DNA of 64,000 bases, from the NCBI GenBank assembly GCA_026401035.1, contig JAPLNR010000065.1, forward strand, positions 3,969 to 67,968. Direction: 5' to 3'. Below, one piece after another: positions 1-8,870 of this stretch (the first letter of the stretch is position 1; every line of letters begins with the position of its first letter). The translations under genes and the position numbers were made by a program. The notes under the pieces are model-generated. The model had not been told where the DNA came from and ran no database searches. It saw nothing but the letters and a program-made list of their open reading frames with translations. This DNA comes from Planctomycetia bacterium (lineage in GTDB: Bacteria; Planctomycetota; Planctomycetia; Pirellulales; UBA1268).

Positions 1-1
1 C

Positions 2-460
2 GCCAAGAGCCAGATCGCCGCCGGCATCCTGCTGCCGGAGACGGGCCGGATCTTTTTGAGCGTCGCCAGCCAGCAGGCCAAGGAGATGATGGTGGGGCTC
101 GCCCGCCGGCTCACGGCGCTCGGGTTCGAATTGATCGCCACGGCCGGCACGGCCCGGGCGCTCGCCGAGGCCGGCATCCCGGTCGAGGTGGTGAAGAAAC
201 TCCAGGAGGGCCACCCGAACCTGATCGATCACCTGATCGACGGCCGCGTGCAACTCATCTTCAATACACCCCGGGGCAAGGGCGCCAGGACCGACGAGGG
301 CCGTATCCGCGCCGCGAGCGTGCTCTACGGCGTGCCCTGCATCACGACCTTGCCGGCAGCCGAGGCCTGCGTGCGGGCAATGGAGGCCTTGCGAACTGAA
401 TCCCTCACCGTGCAGCCGATCCAGGACCGGTTTCCGGAAGCCGCCGCGGCGACCCGCTGA
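2..460 (+). CDS. carB: carbamoyl-phosphate synthase large subunit, C-terminal fragment (MGS-like allosteric domain); 5' end lies outside the window
   Basis: The frame is open from the window edge. GFELIATAGTARALAEAGIPVEVVKK..HPNLIDHL..GRVQLIFNTP matches the CarB C-terminal domain from memory. Confidence 0.85.
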   Translation, partial: AKSQIAAGILLPETGRIFLSVASQQAKEMMVGLARRLTALGFELIATAGTARALAEAGIPVEVVKKLQEGHPNLIDHLIDGRVQLIFNTPRGKGARTDEGRIRAASVLYGVPCITTLPAAEACVRAMEALRTESLTVQPIQDRFPEAAAATR

Positions 461-500
461 CCGGGCATGTCTCAATCCTGGTCGGCACTGCATGTGCGTC

Positions 501-685
501 AACGCGCCCAACCCGGCTTCGGGCTACCCGTGCCCCGTCGCCGGACGTTCGCTGCGGGCATCCTGCCCTGCGCTCACTCGATGCTGCCTACGCTCCGCCA
601 TCCTGGCTGCGCCGACCAATCCGCCTAAGGCGGATCGGTGCCCGAGCAACGCCGGCTCTCGGGGCATGGGTAGCCCTTTGCCTCC
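501..685 (+). repeat. Family A hairpin repeat, copy A1
   Basis: Core ggacgttcgctgcgggcatcctgccctgcgctcactcgatgctg..cgctccgccatcctggctgcgc recurs at 10818-10973 and, reverse-complemented, at 10999-11153. Flanking inverted arms are gggctacccgtgccccg (521-537) and cggggcatgggtagccc (660-676). Confidence 0.8.
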
Positions 686-793
686 GTCCTCCGAGAGTGC
701 ATGGGCAGCCCCGGGCCTCCGTGCCTGTCTGGAGACCGCTTCCTTCGGAAGCAAATCCGATCCGCTTGAAAGACCTGTCGTAGACTGGATCGC

Positions 794-3289
794 ATGTCGC
801 CACAATTTCCGTCCGTCCCTCCGGTTCCCCGGCCGCTGCCTGCCCCCGTGCTCGACGAGCCGCCACGGCTGACGGCCCGCACGCTCGAGGGGCTCGAGTG
901 GATTCTCGCGCGGGAGCTGGAGGCCGTCGGGGCGCAGGACCTGCGGATCGGTCGGCGCACGATCGAGTTTTCTGCGGCGCCGGGCAGCGAGAACGAGACG
1001 CTCTACCGCGCCGTGCTCGAATCCCGCACCGCGATCCGCATTCTCGAGCCGTTGGGGAGATTCCGCGTCGATTCGCCCGACAGCCTCTATCGGGCGATGC
1101 AGGATGTCGATTGGACGGAGCAGCTCAAGGTGTCGGACACGCTGCGTGTCGATGCCGCGATCCACGACACGTTTCTCACGCATTCCCTCTACGCCGCGCA
1201 GATCGTGAAGGACGCGCTGGTCGATCAATTGCGGACGCCCAGCGGGAAACGGCCGAGCGTTCAACTGCGCGGAGCGACGCTCCGGCTGGCGCTGCATCTG
1301 GTCGGCGATGTCGCGACGGTCTTCCGCGATGCCGCCGGCCGGTCGCTGCACCAGCGGGGCTGGCGGATGGGCGAGGTCGAGGCGCCGCTTTCGGAGGTGC
1401 TGGCCGCCGGGATCCTCGGCATTACGGGCTGGTGGCAGCCGGGCGCGGCGGGCGGTGCGGTCAGCGGCGAACCGATTCTCGACCCGATGTGCGGCTCCGG
1501 CACGCTCGTGATCGAGGCCGCCACGATCGCGGCCGGCATGGCGCCGGGGCTCTGGCGGGCCCGCCGCAAGTCCCATGGTTTCTTCAAGTTTCGCGATTGC
1601 GACAGGCAGCTGGTGCAGCGGCTCGTGGGGGAGTTGGAGGCCCGCGTGGTCGAGCCTGCGGGCACCTTCCAGGCGAGCGACCTCGACCCGAAGGCGGTCG
1701 AAGCGGCGCAGGCCTGTGCCGAAGCGGCTGGCGTTGCTCCGTTCATCAGGATCGAGCAAAAACACTTCGAGCAGGCTCAGCCGATCGCGGGCAGGGGTCT
1801 CGTCGTGACGAATCCGCCCTACGGCGAACGGCTCCCGTTGCCCCGGGCCGGAGCACTTTTCCGGCGTCTCGGCGACTGGCTCGTGGCGCAGTGCGGTGGC
1901 TGGCGGGCGGCGTTCCTTGCGGCCGACACCCCCGCCGCCGGCCAACTCGGACTGCGGCCCACGCACCGCGTGCCCCTGATGAACGGCCCGATCGCCTGCC
2001 GGCTGCTCGAGTTGGAGATCCGCCGGCGCAACATCACCGAGGGTGTGCCAGCACTCGATGGCAGCGCCCACGGTGGTGGGCAGCACCAGCAACCGGAGGT
2101 AACCAAGCCGGCCACGGACATGGAGGGCGTCGCCGGCGTGAACCTGGATGCTGAGCGTCGGGATCGGCGGAAGCTCGACGAGCATCGGAGCTTTCGCCCT
2201 GAGGAGGAAGGAAGCGGCGAGGAGCCCCACGGCGAAAGATCCCCGCGAGGAGACTTCTGCCGTCCCGGCGACAATCCGGCTGGCTTCGTTGCCCCGACGT
2301 CGGCCCCGGGCCGCCCGCGCGGCCGCTCCGTCGACGACCAGATCGGTGACTTCCGCCGCCGGCTCGCCAAGCGGTTCAAGCATCTCTCCAAGTGGGCCCG
2401 CCGGCAGGGCATCGAGGCCTTTCGCGTCTACGATCGCGACATCCCCGAGGTCCCGCTCGTGATCGATTTCTATGCCGGCTGGCTCCATGCCGCCGAATAC
2501 GAACGGCCCCACGAGCGGACGGAGATCGAACACGATGTCTGGCTCGACAAGATGATCGAGGCGGCGGGAGTGGAGCTGGGCGTGCCGCCGAACCAGATGT
2601 TTCTCAAGGTGCGGAAGCGGCAGCGGGCCGGTGGACAGTATGAAAAGGTCGACCAGCGGCAGGCTGTACTGGCGGTGAAGGAGGGCGGCCTCGAGTTCGA
2701 GGTGAACCTTTCCGACTATCTCGACACGGGCCTCTTTCTCGACCACCGGCAGACGCGGGCGCTGGTTCGCGCGGAGGCGGCGGGCAAACGGTTCCTCAAC
2801 CTCTTCTGCTACACCGGCAGTTTCTCGGTCTATGCGGCCGCGGGCGGCGCCAAGGAGACGACGAGCGTCGATCTCTCCAACACCTATCTCGAATGGACGC
2901 GGACCAACCTCTCGAACAATGGCTTCAAGGATGCCGGCCGGCAGCGAATCGTGCGGGACGAGGTTCGCGAGTTCCTCGAGCATCGGGCGAATCGCGGCGA
3001 GCCGCCGTTCGACCTGGTCGTCGTCGATCCACCCACATTTTCGCGTTCAGCGAAGAGCGAAACGCCGTGGGACGTCGAACGCGACCACGCGGAGCTTCTG
3101 GAACTGGTCGCCAAAAACCTGTCACCCGGCGGCGTCGTCTATTTCTCGACGAACTTCCGCCGCTTCCACCTCGCCGAGGACCAGCTCTCGAAGATCTACA
3201 CGATCCGCGAGATCACCCGGCAGACGATCCCCGAGGACTTCCGCAACGAGCGGATCCACCGCGCCTGGCGGCTGGTGGCCCGCACCTGA
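794..3289 (+). CDS. rlmL: fused 23S rRNA methyltransferase RlmKL-type protein (THUMP + RlmL-type MTase, long linker, RlmK-type MTase), 831 aa
   Basis: N-terminal half has a THUMP-like region, DPMCGSGTLVIEA and TNPPYGERL. C-terminal half has FRRRLAKRFKHLSKWARRQGIEAFRVYDRDIPE, LNLFCYTGSFSVYAA and VVVDPPTFSRS. There is no in-frame stop between the halves. Confidence 0.8.
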   Translation: MSPQFPSVPPVPRPLPAPVLDEPPRLTARTLEGLEWILARELEAVGAQDLRIGRRTIEFSAAPGSENETLYRAVLESRTAIRILEPLGRFRVDSPDSLYRAMQDVDWTEQLKVSDTLRVDAAIHDTFLTHSLYAAQIVKDALVDQLRTPSGKRPSVQLRGATLRLALHLVGDVATVFRDAAGRSLHQRGWRMGEVEAPLSEVLAAGILGITGWWQPGAAGGAVSGEPILDPMCGSGTLVIEAATIAAGMAPGLWRARRKSHGFFKFRDCDRQLVQRLVGELEARVVEPAGTFQASDLDPKAVEAAQACAEAAGVAPFIRIEQKHFEQAQPIAGRGLVVTNPPYGERLPLPRAGALFRRLGDWLVAQCGGWRAAFLAADTPAAGQLGLRPTHRVPLMNGPIACRLLELEIRRRNITEGVPALDGSAHGGGQHQQPEVTKPATDMEGVAGVNLDAERRDRRKLDEHRSFRPEEEGSGEEPHGERSPRGDFCRPGDNPAGFVAPTSAPGRPRGRSVDDQIGDFRRRLAKRFKHLSKWARRQGIEAFRVYDRDIPEVPLVIDFYAGWLHAAEYERPHERTEIEHDVWLDKMIEAAGVELGVPPNQMFLKVRKRQRAGGQYEKVDQRQAVLAVKEGGLEFEVNLSDYLDTGLFLDHRQTRALVRAEAAGKRFLNLFCYTGSFSVYAAAGGAKETTSVDLSNTYLEWTRTNLSNNGFKDAGRQRIVRDEVREFLEHRANRGEPPFDLVVVDPPTFSRSAKSETPWDVERDHAELLELVAKNLSPGGVVYFSTNFRRFHLAEDQLSKIYTIREITRQTIPEDFRNERIHRAWRLVART
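2141..2285 (-). repeat. Family B hairpin repeat, reverse-orientation copy lying inside the rlmKL reading frame
   Basis: gggatcggcggaagctcgacgagcatcggagctttcgcc ... ggcgaaagatccccgcgaggagacttctgccgtcccgg is the reverse complement of the 142-bp unit at 54311-54704. Confidence 0.75.
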
Positions 3290-3440
3290 TGCCGCTTTGT
3301 CGCCAAGTCAGTTGACCGCTCGTTTTTTATCCACGCCCTCATGGAGTCAACCGACGGCCCACCGACGAAGCCCCGGGACTGTGTCTCCACGGATGACCTG
3401 GTTTGACCCGCCGCGCACGGGGGCCTTACATTCGGCGGTC

Positions 3441-4670
3441 ATGAATCCAACAGCCCGGTTGATCGCTCCGTTGTTCGCGTGCCTCCTGCTGGTCACTGCC
3501 TGCCGGCCGGCGGATCCGGGCCTCGTGAAGATCGTGTCGAGCCTGCCGCGGACAGGATCCGCCAAACAGCAGACCGACGCCATCGTTCGCGGCCTCCGGA
3601 TGGCGATCGAGGAGGCGGAGGGGAAGGTCGGGCCGTTTCGGGTCGAATACCTCGATCTCGACGACGCCACCGCGGCGGCAGGGCAGTGGACGAGCGAGGC
3701 CGAGGCCGCCAACGCGCGGCGGGCCCTCCAGGATCCCGACGTCGTCGCCTACATCGGCACCTACAACTCTGGTGCCGCGAAGGTCTCGATGCCGATCCTG
3801 AATCTCGGCGATCTGCTGATGGTGTCGCCTGCCAACACGGCCGTCGGCCTCACGAAGCCGGGGCTCGGGGAGCCGGGCGAGCCGAATGTCTACCGCCCCA
3901 CGGGCCGGCTCAACTACACGCGGGTCGTGCCCGCCGACGATCTGCAGGGGCCGCTCTCCGCCGACTGGGCACAGGAGCGCGGCGTGAAGAAGGTCTATAT
4001 CCTCGACGACAGCGAGGTCTACGGAAAAGGGATCGCCGATCTCTTCGACGAGCGGTGCCGGGAGATCGGCATCGAGGTGCTCGGCCACGATTCGATCGAC
4101 GCCAAGGCCCAGGAATTCAAGTCGCTGATGGCGAGCGTGAAGGCTGCCGGCCCCGACCTCGTTTACTTCGGCGGCACGACCCAGAGCAAGGGTGGCCAGC
4201 TCGCGAAGGACATGGTGAGCGCGGGCATCACGGCGCTGCTGATGGTGCCCGACGGCTGCCGGGAGCAGGTATTCATCGATTCGGCCGGCGCGGCGAACCT
4301 CGAGGGCCGCTGCTTCGTCACCTTTGGCGGATTGCCACCGGAAAAACTGACGGGAAAAGGAAGCGAGTTCGTCGAACGCTACAAGAAGAAGTTTGGCGAA
4401 CTGCCCGAGGCCTACGCGGTCTATGGCTACGAGGCGGCCTGCGTGGCCCTGCAGGCGATTCGAGACGCGGGCGTGAAGGACCGCCGCGGGATCTCCGACG
4501 CGGCGCTGGCCATCAAGGATTTCGACGGCGCCCTCGGCCGCTGGGGCTTTGACGAGAACGGCGACACCACGATGCGCACGCTCACCGTGAGCGTTGTGAA
4601 AAATGGCAAATTCGAGTTCGAGGAAGTTCTCGACGCCAATGCCGTGGGCGACGAGGCCGGTTTGCGTTAA
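3441..4670 (+). CDS. ABC transporter substrate-binding lipoprotein, Leu/Ile/Val-binding (type 1 periplasmic binding) family
   Basis: Signal peptide with lipobox (LLLVTAC). YIGTYNSGAAKVSMPILN and SPANT motifs. Sits upstream of livHMGF-type genes. The start was chosen at MNPTARL; an alternative ATG is at 3393. Confidence 0.8.
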   Translation: MNPTARLIAPLFACLLLVTACRPADPGLVKIVSSLPRTGSAKQQTDAIVRGLRMAIEEAEGKVGPFRVEYLDLDDATAAAGQWTSEAEAANARRALQDPDVVAYIGTYNSGAAKVSMPILNLGDLLMVSPANTAVGLTKPGLGEPGEPNVYRPTGRLNYTRVVPADDLQGPLSADWAQERGVKKVYILDDSEVYGKGIADLFDERCREIGIEVLGHDSIDAKAQEFKSLMASVKAAGPDLVYFGGTTQSKGGQLAKDMVSAGITALLMVPDGCREQVFIDSAGAANLEGRCFVTFGGLPPEKLTGKGSEFVERYKKKFGELPEAYAVYGYEAACVALQAIRDAGVKDRRGISDAALAIKDFDGALGRWGFDENGDTTMRTLTVSVVKNGKFEFEEVLDANAVGDEAGLR

Positions 4671-4748
4671 GACTGTGCTGCCAGTGACGTTGCGCTAGGG
4701 CTGCGTCTGGATTCCATCCCCCCACTTTCCCGCCGAGACGAGCCGCCG

Positions 4749-5666
4749 GTGTCCGTTCAGTTTTTCCTGCAGCAGTGCCTGATCGGACTGACCAACGGCG
4801 CCCTGATAGCGCTCGTGGCCCTCGGCTACACGATGGTCTACGGCATCATCGGCCTGATCAACTTCGCCCACGGCGACCTGATCATGCTCGGGGCCTGCCT
4901 CGCGCTCTCGATCGTGACGGCGCTGGGCTTGGCCGCGGCCGGGCCGACGGCGACCTGGTTGGGGATCGCCATGCTCGTGGTGGTCTGCGGCCTCTTCTGC
5001 GGCGGTCTCAACCTGGCCGTCGACCGGATCGTCTACAAGCCGCTTCGCACCGCCCCGAAGCTGGCACCACTCGTCTCGGCGATCGGCGTGTCGTTCATCT
5101 TCATGAACATCGGTCTCTTCTGGATCGGCCCGGCCGACCGATCGTTTCCGGAACTGCTTCCGGCGGCAAACCTGCTCCCCGGCGAGGGGCTGCAGTTCAC
5201 CTGGAAGGATCTGCTCGTCGTGCTGGTCGTCGTGCCGCTGATGGTGGCGCTGTCGCTGCTCGTGAAGTCGACGCGGCTCGGCAAGGCGATGCGGGCCGTG
5301 TCGCAGGATGCCACCGCCGCCGCCCTCGTGGGCATCGACGTCGACAGGGTGATCGCCGCCACGTTTTTCATCGGCGGCTTCCTTGGCGGAGCGGCGAGCG
5401 TGATCTACGGGCTCTATATCAACACGATCGGCTTCCAGATGGGATTTCAAAACGGCCTCTATGCCTTCACCGCGGCGGTGCTCGGCGGGATCGGCAGCAT
5501 TCCCGGCGCGGTGGTGGGCGGGATCGTGATCGGGCTCGTGCGGGCGCTGTCGAGCGCGTATGTCGGCGAGCGGTGGACCGGTGCGATCGTGTTTGCCATC
5601 CTGATCGTGATCCTCGTGTTCCGTCCCGAGGGCCTGCTGGGCAGGCGGACGAGGGAGAAGGTCTAG
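4749..5666 (+). CDS. livH: branched-chain amino acid ABC transporter permease
   Basis: GTG start. LTNGALIALVALGYTMVYGIIGLINFAHGD is the LivH signature; multi-pass hydrophobic protein. Confidence 0.9.
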   Translation: MSVQFFLQQCLIGLTNGALIALVALGYTMVYGIIGLINFAHGDLIMLGACLALSIVTALGLAAAGPTATWLGIAMLVVVCGLFCGGLNLAVDRIVYKPLRTAPKLAPLVSAIGVSFIFMNIGLFWIGPADRSFPELLPAANLLPGEGLQFTWKDLLVVLVVVPLMVALSLLVKSTRLGKAMRAVSQDATAAALVGIDVDRVIAATFFIGGFLGGAASVIYGLYINTIGFQMGFQNGLYAFTAAVLGGIGSIPGAVVGGIVIGLVRALSSAYVGERWTGAIVFAILIVILVFRPEGLLGRRTREKV

Positions 5667-6776
5667 ATGCCACGCCCCGCCACCGCCGTCGATGTCGCCA
5701 CGGGCCTTCCGGCCCGGGCCGGGGTGCTGGCGTGGCTGCGCGAGCGGTGGGAGATCGTGGCGCTCGCGGTGCTGGCGCTCGCGCCGCTGGTCGTGCCGGC
5801 CCTCGGCGGGGCGCTCGGCGGGCAGATGACCACGCTCTTCATCTACTGCATCCTGGCGCTCGGACTCAACGTCATGGTCGGCTACACCGGCCTCGTGCAT
5901 CTGGGCATCGCGGCCTTCTTCGGGATCGGGGCCTATCTGATGGCGATCCTGACGGTGCCGATGTACCCGTTTCAGATCGGCTGGCTGGCGGCGGCGGTCG
6001 TGAGCGTGCTCCTGACGGCCGGGATCGGCCTGGCGCTCGGCGCGCCGACGCTGCGGCTGCGGGGGGACTATCTTGCGATCGTCACGCTCGGCTTCGGCGA
6101 GGTGGTGAAGGTCACGCTCCGCAACCTGGAGCAGATCACCGGCGGCATGAAGGGGCTCAATCCCGTGCCGCCGCCCGGGGCGGGGGTGAAGGTGGCGGGC
6201 ATCGACCTCGGCCTCGCCTTCGCGATCGACCCGCGCTGGTTCTATTACCTGTCGCTCCTGGCGCTCGCGGGCGTGGTGGTGGCGATGCGGCGGCTGGAGC
6301 ATTCGCGGCTGGGGCGGGCCTGGGTGGCCGTCCGCGAGGACGAGCTCGCCGCCTCGGCGATGGGCATCTCCGCGACCAGGGTCAAGCTCTCGGCATTTGC
6401 AATGTCGTCGGCGGTGGCAGGCCTCGCCGGCTGCCTCTATGCCGGCAGCCTCTCGACCACGGCCGACCCCAACGCCTACGACTTCAACCGCTCGATCATG
6501 GTGCTCTGCGCCGTGATCCTCGGCGGCCTGGGCAGCATCCCCGGCACGCTGCTCGGCGTCGCGATCCTCGTCGGCTTCGACACGGTGCTCGCGCCGTGGG
6601 CCGATTCGTTGATTCAGCAGATGAACATCAACCCCCTGGGATCGAGCCTGCTCTCCTTCAGCGGCTGGCGGCTGGCGATCTTCGGACTGGCGCTCGTGCT
6701 CGTGATGCGCTACCGGCCGGAAGGTCTGGTGCCCTCGCGGCGGCTGGCCGCCGAACTGCGGGAGGCGCACCCGTGA
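5667..6776 (+). CDS. livM: branched-chain amino acid ABC transporter permease
   Basis: The ATG abuts the livH stop. YTGLVHLGIAAFFGIGAY and LRGDYLAIVTLGFGE are LivM-type motifs. Confidence 0.9.
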   Translation: MPRPATAVDVATGLPARAGVLAWLRERWEIVALAVLALAPLVVPALGGALGGQMTTLFIYCILALGLNVMVGYTGLVHLGIAAFFGIGAYLMAILTVPMYPFQIGWLAAAVVSVLLTAGIGLALGAPTLRLRGDYLAIVTLGFGEVVKVTLRNLEQITGGMKGLNPVPPPGAGVKVAGIDLGLAFAIDPRWFYYLSLLALAGVVVAMRRLEHSRLGRAWVAVREDELAASAMGISATRVKLSAFAMSSAVAGLAGCLYAGSLSTTADPNAYDFNRSIMVLCAVILGGLGSIPGTLLGVAILVGFDTVLAPWADSLIQQMNINPLGSSLLSFSGWRLAIFGLALVLVMRYRPEGLVPSRRLAAELREAHP

Positions 6777-8125
6777 AACCCTTTCGCCGAAACGCCGGGC
6801 CCCCGGCGGGCAGTTCGCCGCCGATCGGTGAATCGCCGCTGCTCGATGTCGATCGCCTGACGGTCAGGTTTGGCGGCCTGGTGGCCGTGTCGGAACTCGA
6901 CCTCGACGTGCCCGCAGGGAGCATCGTGTCGCTCATCGGCCCCAATGGCGCCGGCAAGACGACCGCCTTCAACACGATCAGCGGCATCTATTCGCCGACG
7001 AGCGGATCGGTGCGATTTCAGGGCCGCCGGCTCGAGCAGTCTTTCACGACCGGCACGTTCTGGTCGGCGATGGGCGTCGGCCTGCTGACGGGGCTGCTCT
7101 TTGCGGCGGCGGCCGTCGACGTCGACCGGCTCTGGCTGGCCGTCGTGAAGCGCGGCATGATCACCAACGAACCATTCTCGCTCGCCGGCGCCGCCTCCCG
7201 GCTGCGGGGCTATTTCCGGGCGGAACTCGCCATCGACCAGATGGCGGGAAAGTGGCGGGTGGTGAGCGCCGACGGCAGCGACGTGCTCGCGATCAGGCGG
7301 GATCTCGACGAGGCCAGCGCGCTGCGCAACGCGTTTCAGGCTGAAGTGACGGCGCGGCGGGCCGGACCGGGCACCGTTCCCGACACGTCCGATCTTGCCG
7401 ACGCGGTCGAGCCGACGTCCGAAGCGGCTGCGCTGCCACGCATCAGGGAAGAAGTTCTCGACCGGTTAGCGGCCGGCAAGCAACGCATTCGCCGCCGCGG
7501 CTGGCTCGGGCTCTTCGCCGGCTGGGTGCTCGGCACCGCGGGCACGCTCGCCGTCTGGCAGCGCGGCCGCCGTTCGCCCCACGTCGTCGCGCGGGCCGGC
7601 ATCTCACGGACGTTCCAGAACATCCGGCTGTTCTCCAACATGACGGTGCTCGAAAATGTCCTCGTCGGCCTCGATCGCACGATCCCCGGCGGCGTGACGG
7701 CGATGCTCTTCAAAACGCCGGCCAACCGCCGGGCCGAGGCGACGGCCCGCGGCCGCGGGCTCGACGCGCTCGACTTCGTGGGGCTCGCCGGCAGTGCCAA
7801 CCGGATCGCGGGGCAATTGCCCTATGGCGATCAGCGGCGTCTCGAAATCGCGCGCGCCCTCGCCACCGGTGCCACGCTGATCCTGCTCGACGAGCCGGCG
7901 GCCGGCATGAATCCATCGGAGACCGGCGAACTCGCCACCCTCATCGAGCGGATCCGGCAGCGCGGCGTGACCGTGCTCCTCATCGAGCATCACATGAGCG
8001 TCGTGATGCGGATCAGCGACCGCGTGGCCGTGCTCGACCACGGCGTGAAGATCGCGGAGGGCACGCCCGCCGAGGTCAAGCGCGACGAGCGGGTGATCGA
8101 GGCCTATCTCGGTGGAGAATCCTGA
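6773..8125 (+). CDS. livG: branched-chain amino acid ABC transporter ATP-binding protein with ~180-aa internal insertion (450 aa)
   Basis: GTGA overlap with livM. Walker A GPNGAGKTT, then an insertion (7043-7579), then ARAGISRTFQNIRLF (Q-loop), LPYGDQRRLEIARAL, LILLDEPAAGMN and LLIEHHM. Confidence 0.85.
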   Translation: MKPFRRNAGPPAGSSPPIGESPLLDVDRLTVRFGGLVAVSELDLDVPAGSIVSLIGPNGAGKTTAFNTISGIYSPTSGSVRFQGRRLEQSFTTGTFWSAMGVGLLTGLLFAAAAVDVDRLWLAVVKRGMITNEPFSLAGAASRLRGYFRAELAIDQMAGKWRVVSADGSDVLAIRRDLDEASALRNAFQAEVTARRAGPGTVPDTSDLADAVEPTSEAAALPRIREEVLDRLAAGKQRIRRRGWLGLFAGWVLGTAGTLAVWQRGRRSPHVVARAGISRTFQNIRLFSNMTVLENVLVGLDRTIPGGVTAMLFKTPANRRAEATARGRGLDALDFVGLAGSANRIAGQLPYGDQRRLEIARALATGATLILLDEPAAGMNPSETGELATLIERIRQRGVTVLLIEHHMSVVMRISDRVAVLDHGVKIAEGTPAEVKRDERVIEAYLGGES

Positions 8126-8128
8126 ACC

Positions 8129-8839
8129 ATGCCGATCCTCGAGGTGCGGGAACTCGAAGCGGGATATGGGCCCATCCAGGCGCTCCACCGGGTGTCGATC
8201 ACGGTCGAAGAGGGGGAACTCGTCGCGATCATCGGAGCCAATGGCGCCGGCAAGACGACGCTCCTGATGGCGATCTCCGGGATCGTGCCCGCCCGCGGCG
8301 GCGCGGTGCTCTTTCGTGGGCAGAAGATCACGGGCCGCCAACCCCACGAGGTCGTGCGGCTGGGCATCGGCCACTCACCGGAGGGCCGCCGGATCTTCCC
8401 GCGGCTCACGGTCCGTGAAAACCTCGAGCTCGGCGGTTTTGCGCAGGTCGACCGGGGGCAGGTCGGCCGCGACATCGACGAGGCCTGTGGACTCTTTCCG
8501 ATTCTTGGCGACCGCATGGGGCAGCTGGGAGGCACGCTCTCCGGCGGCGAGCAGCAGATGCTGGCGCTCGGTCGGGCGCTCGTGGGCCGGCCGAGGCTGC
8601 TCCTCCTCGACGAGCCGTCGCTGGGGTTGGCGCCGCTGGTCGTCGCGAAGATTTTCGAGGTGATCGCCGGCCTCTCGGCCCGCGGCATCGCCGTGGTGCT
8701 CGTCGAGCAGAACGCCCGCGCGGCGCTCCGCCTCGCAGCGCGGGGCTATGTTCTCGAAACCGGCCGCATCACGCTCACCGGCAGCGGCTCGAGCCTGGCC
8801 GCCGATCCACGGATTCGCGACGCATATCTGGGCGAATGA
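8129..8839 (+). CDS. livF: branched-chain amino acid ABC transporter ATP-binding protein
   Basis: GANGAGKTTLL, LSGGEQQMLALGRAL, LLLDEPSLGLAP. Confidence 0.9.
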   Translation: MPILEVRELEAGYGPIQALHRVSITVEEGELVAIIGANGAGKTTLLMAISGIVPARGGAVLFRGQKITGRQPHEVVRLGIGHSPEGRRIFPRLTVRENLELGGFAQVDRGQVGRDIDEACGLFPILGDRMGQLGGTLSGGEQQMLALGRALVGRPRLLLLDEPSLGLAPLVVAKIFEVIAGLSARGIAVVLVEQNARAALRLAARGYVLETGRITLTGSGSSLAADPRIRDAYLGE

Positions 8840-8870
8840 CGCCCGTTGCGGCTGGTCATCTGCTACCCTT

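Noticed and set aside
524-2983. 819-aa ORF antisense to rlmKL, and similar long antisense or off-frame ORFs (4695-6770, 8856-10937, 25313-26995, 28147-29628, 48160-49374, 52350-54212, 59113-60801 and others)
   Set aside because: The opposite strand or frame in each case encodes a protein with clear family motifs. These ORFs are Arg/Pro/Gly/Ala-rich with no recognisable motifs, as expected for stop-poor frames in high-GC DNA.
794-3289. Interpreting rlmKL as two separate genes (rlmL and rlmK) with the repeat in an intergenic spacer
   Set aside because: There is no in-frame stop between the two halves, so as sequenced it is a single ORF. This remains an alternative if there is a sequencing error, as noted in the corresponding finding.
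4775-8125. 1116-aa ORF spanning livH, livM and livG
   Set aside because: Only the last 451 codons (from the GTG at 6773) match an ABC ATPase. The upstream part is an off-frame read through livH and livM with Arg/Gly-rich junk translation.
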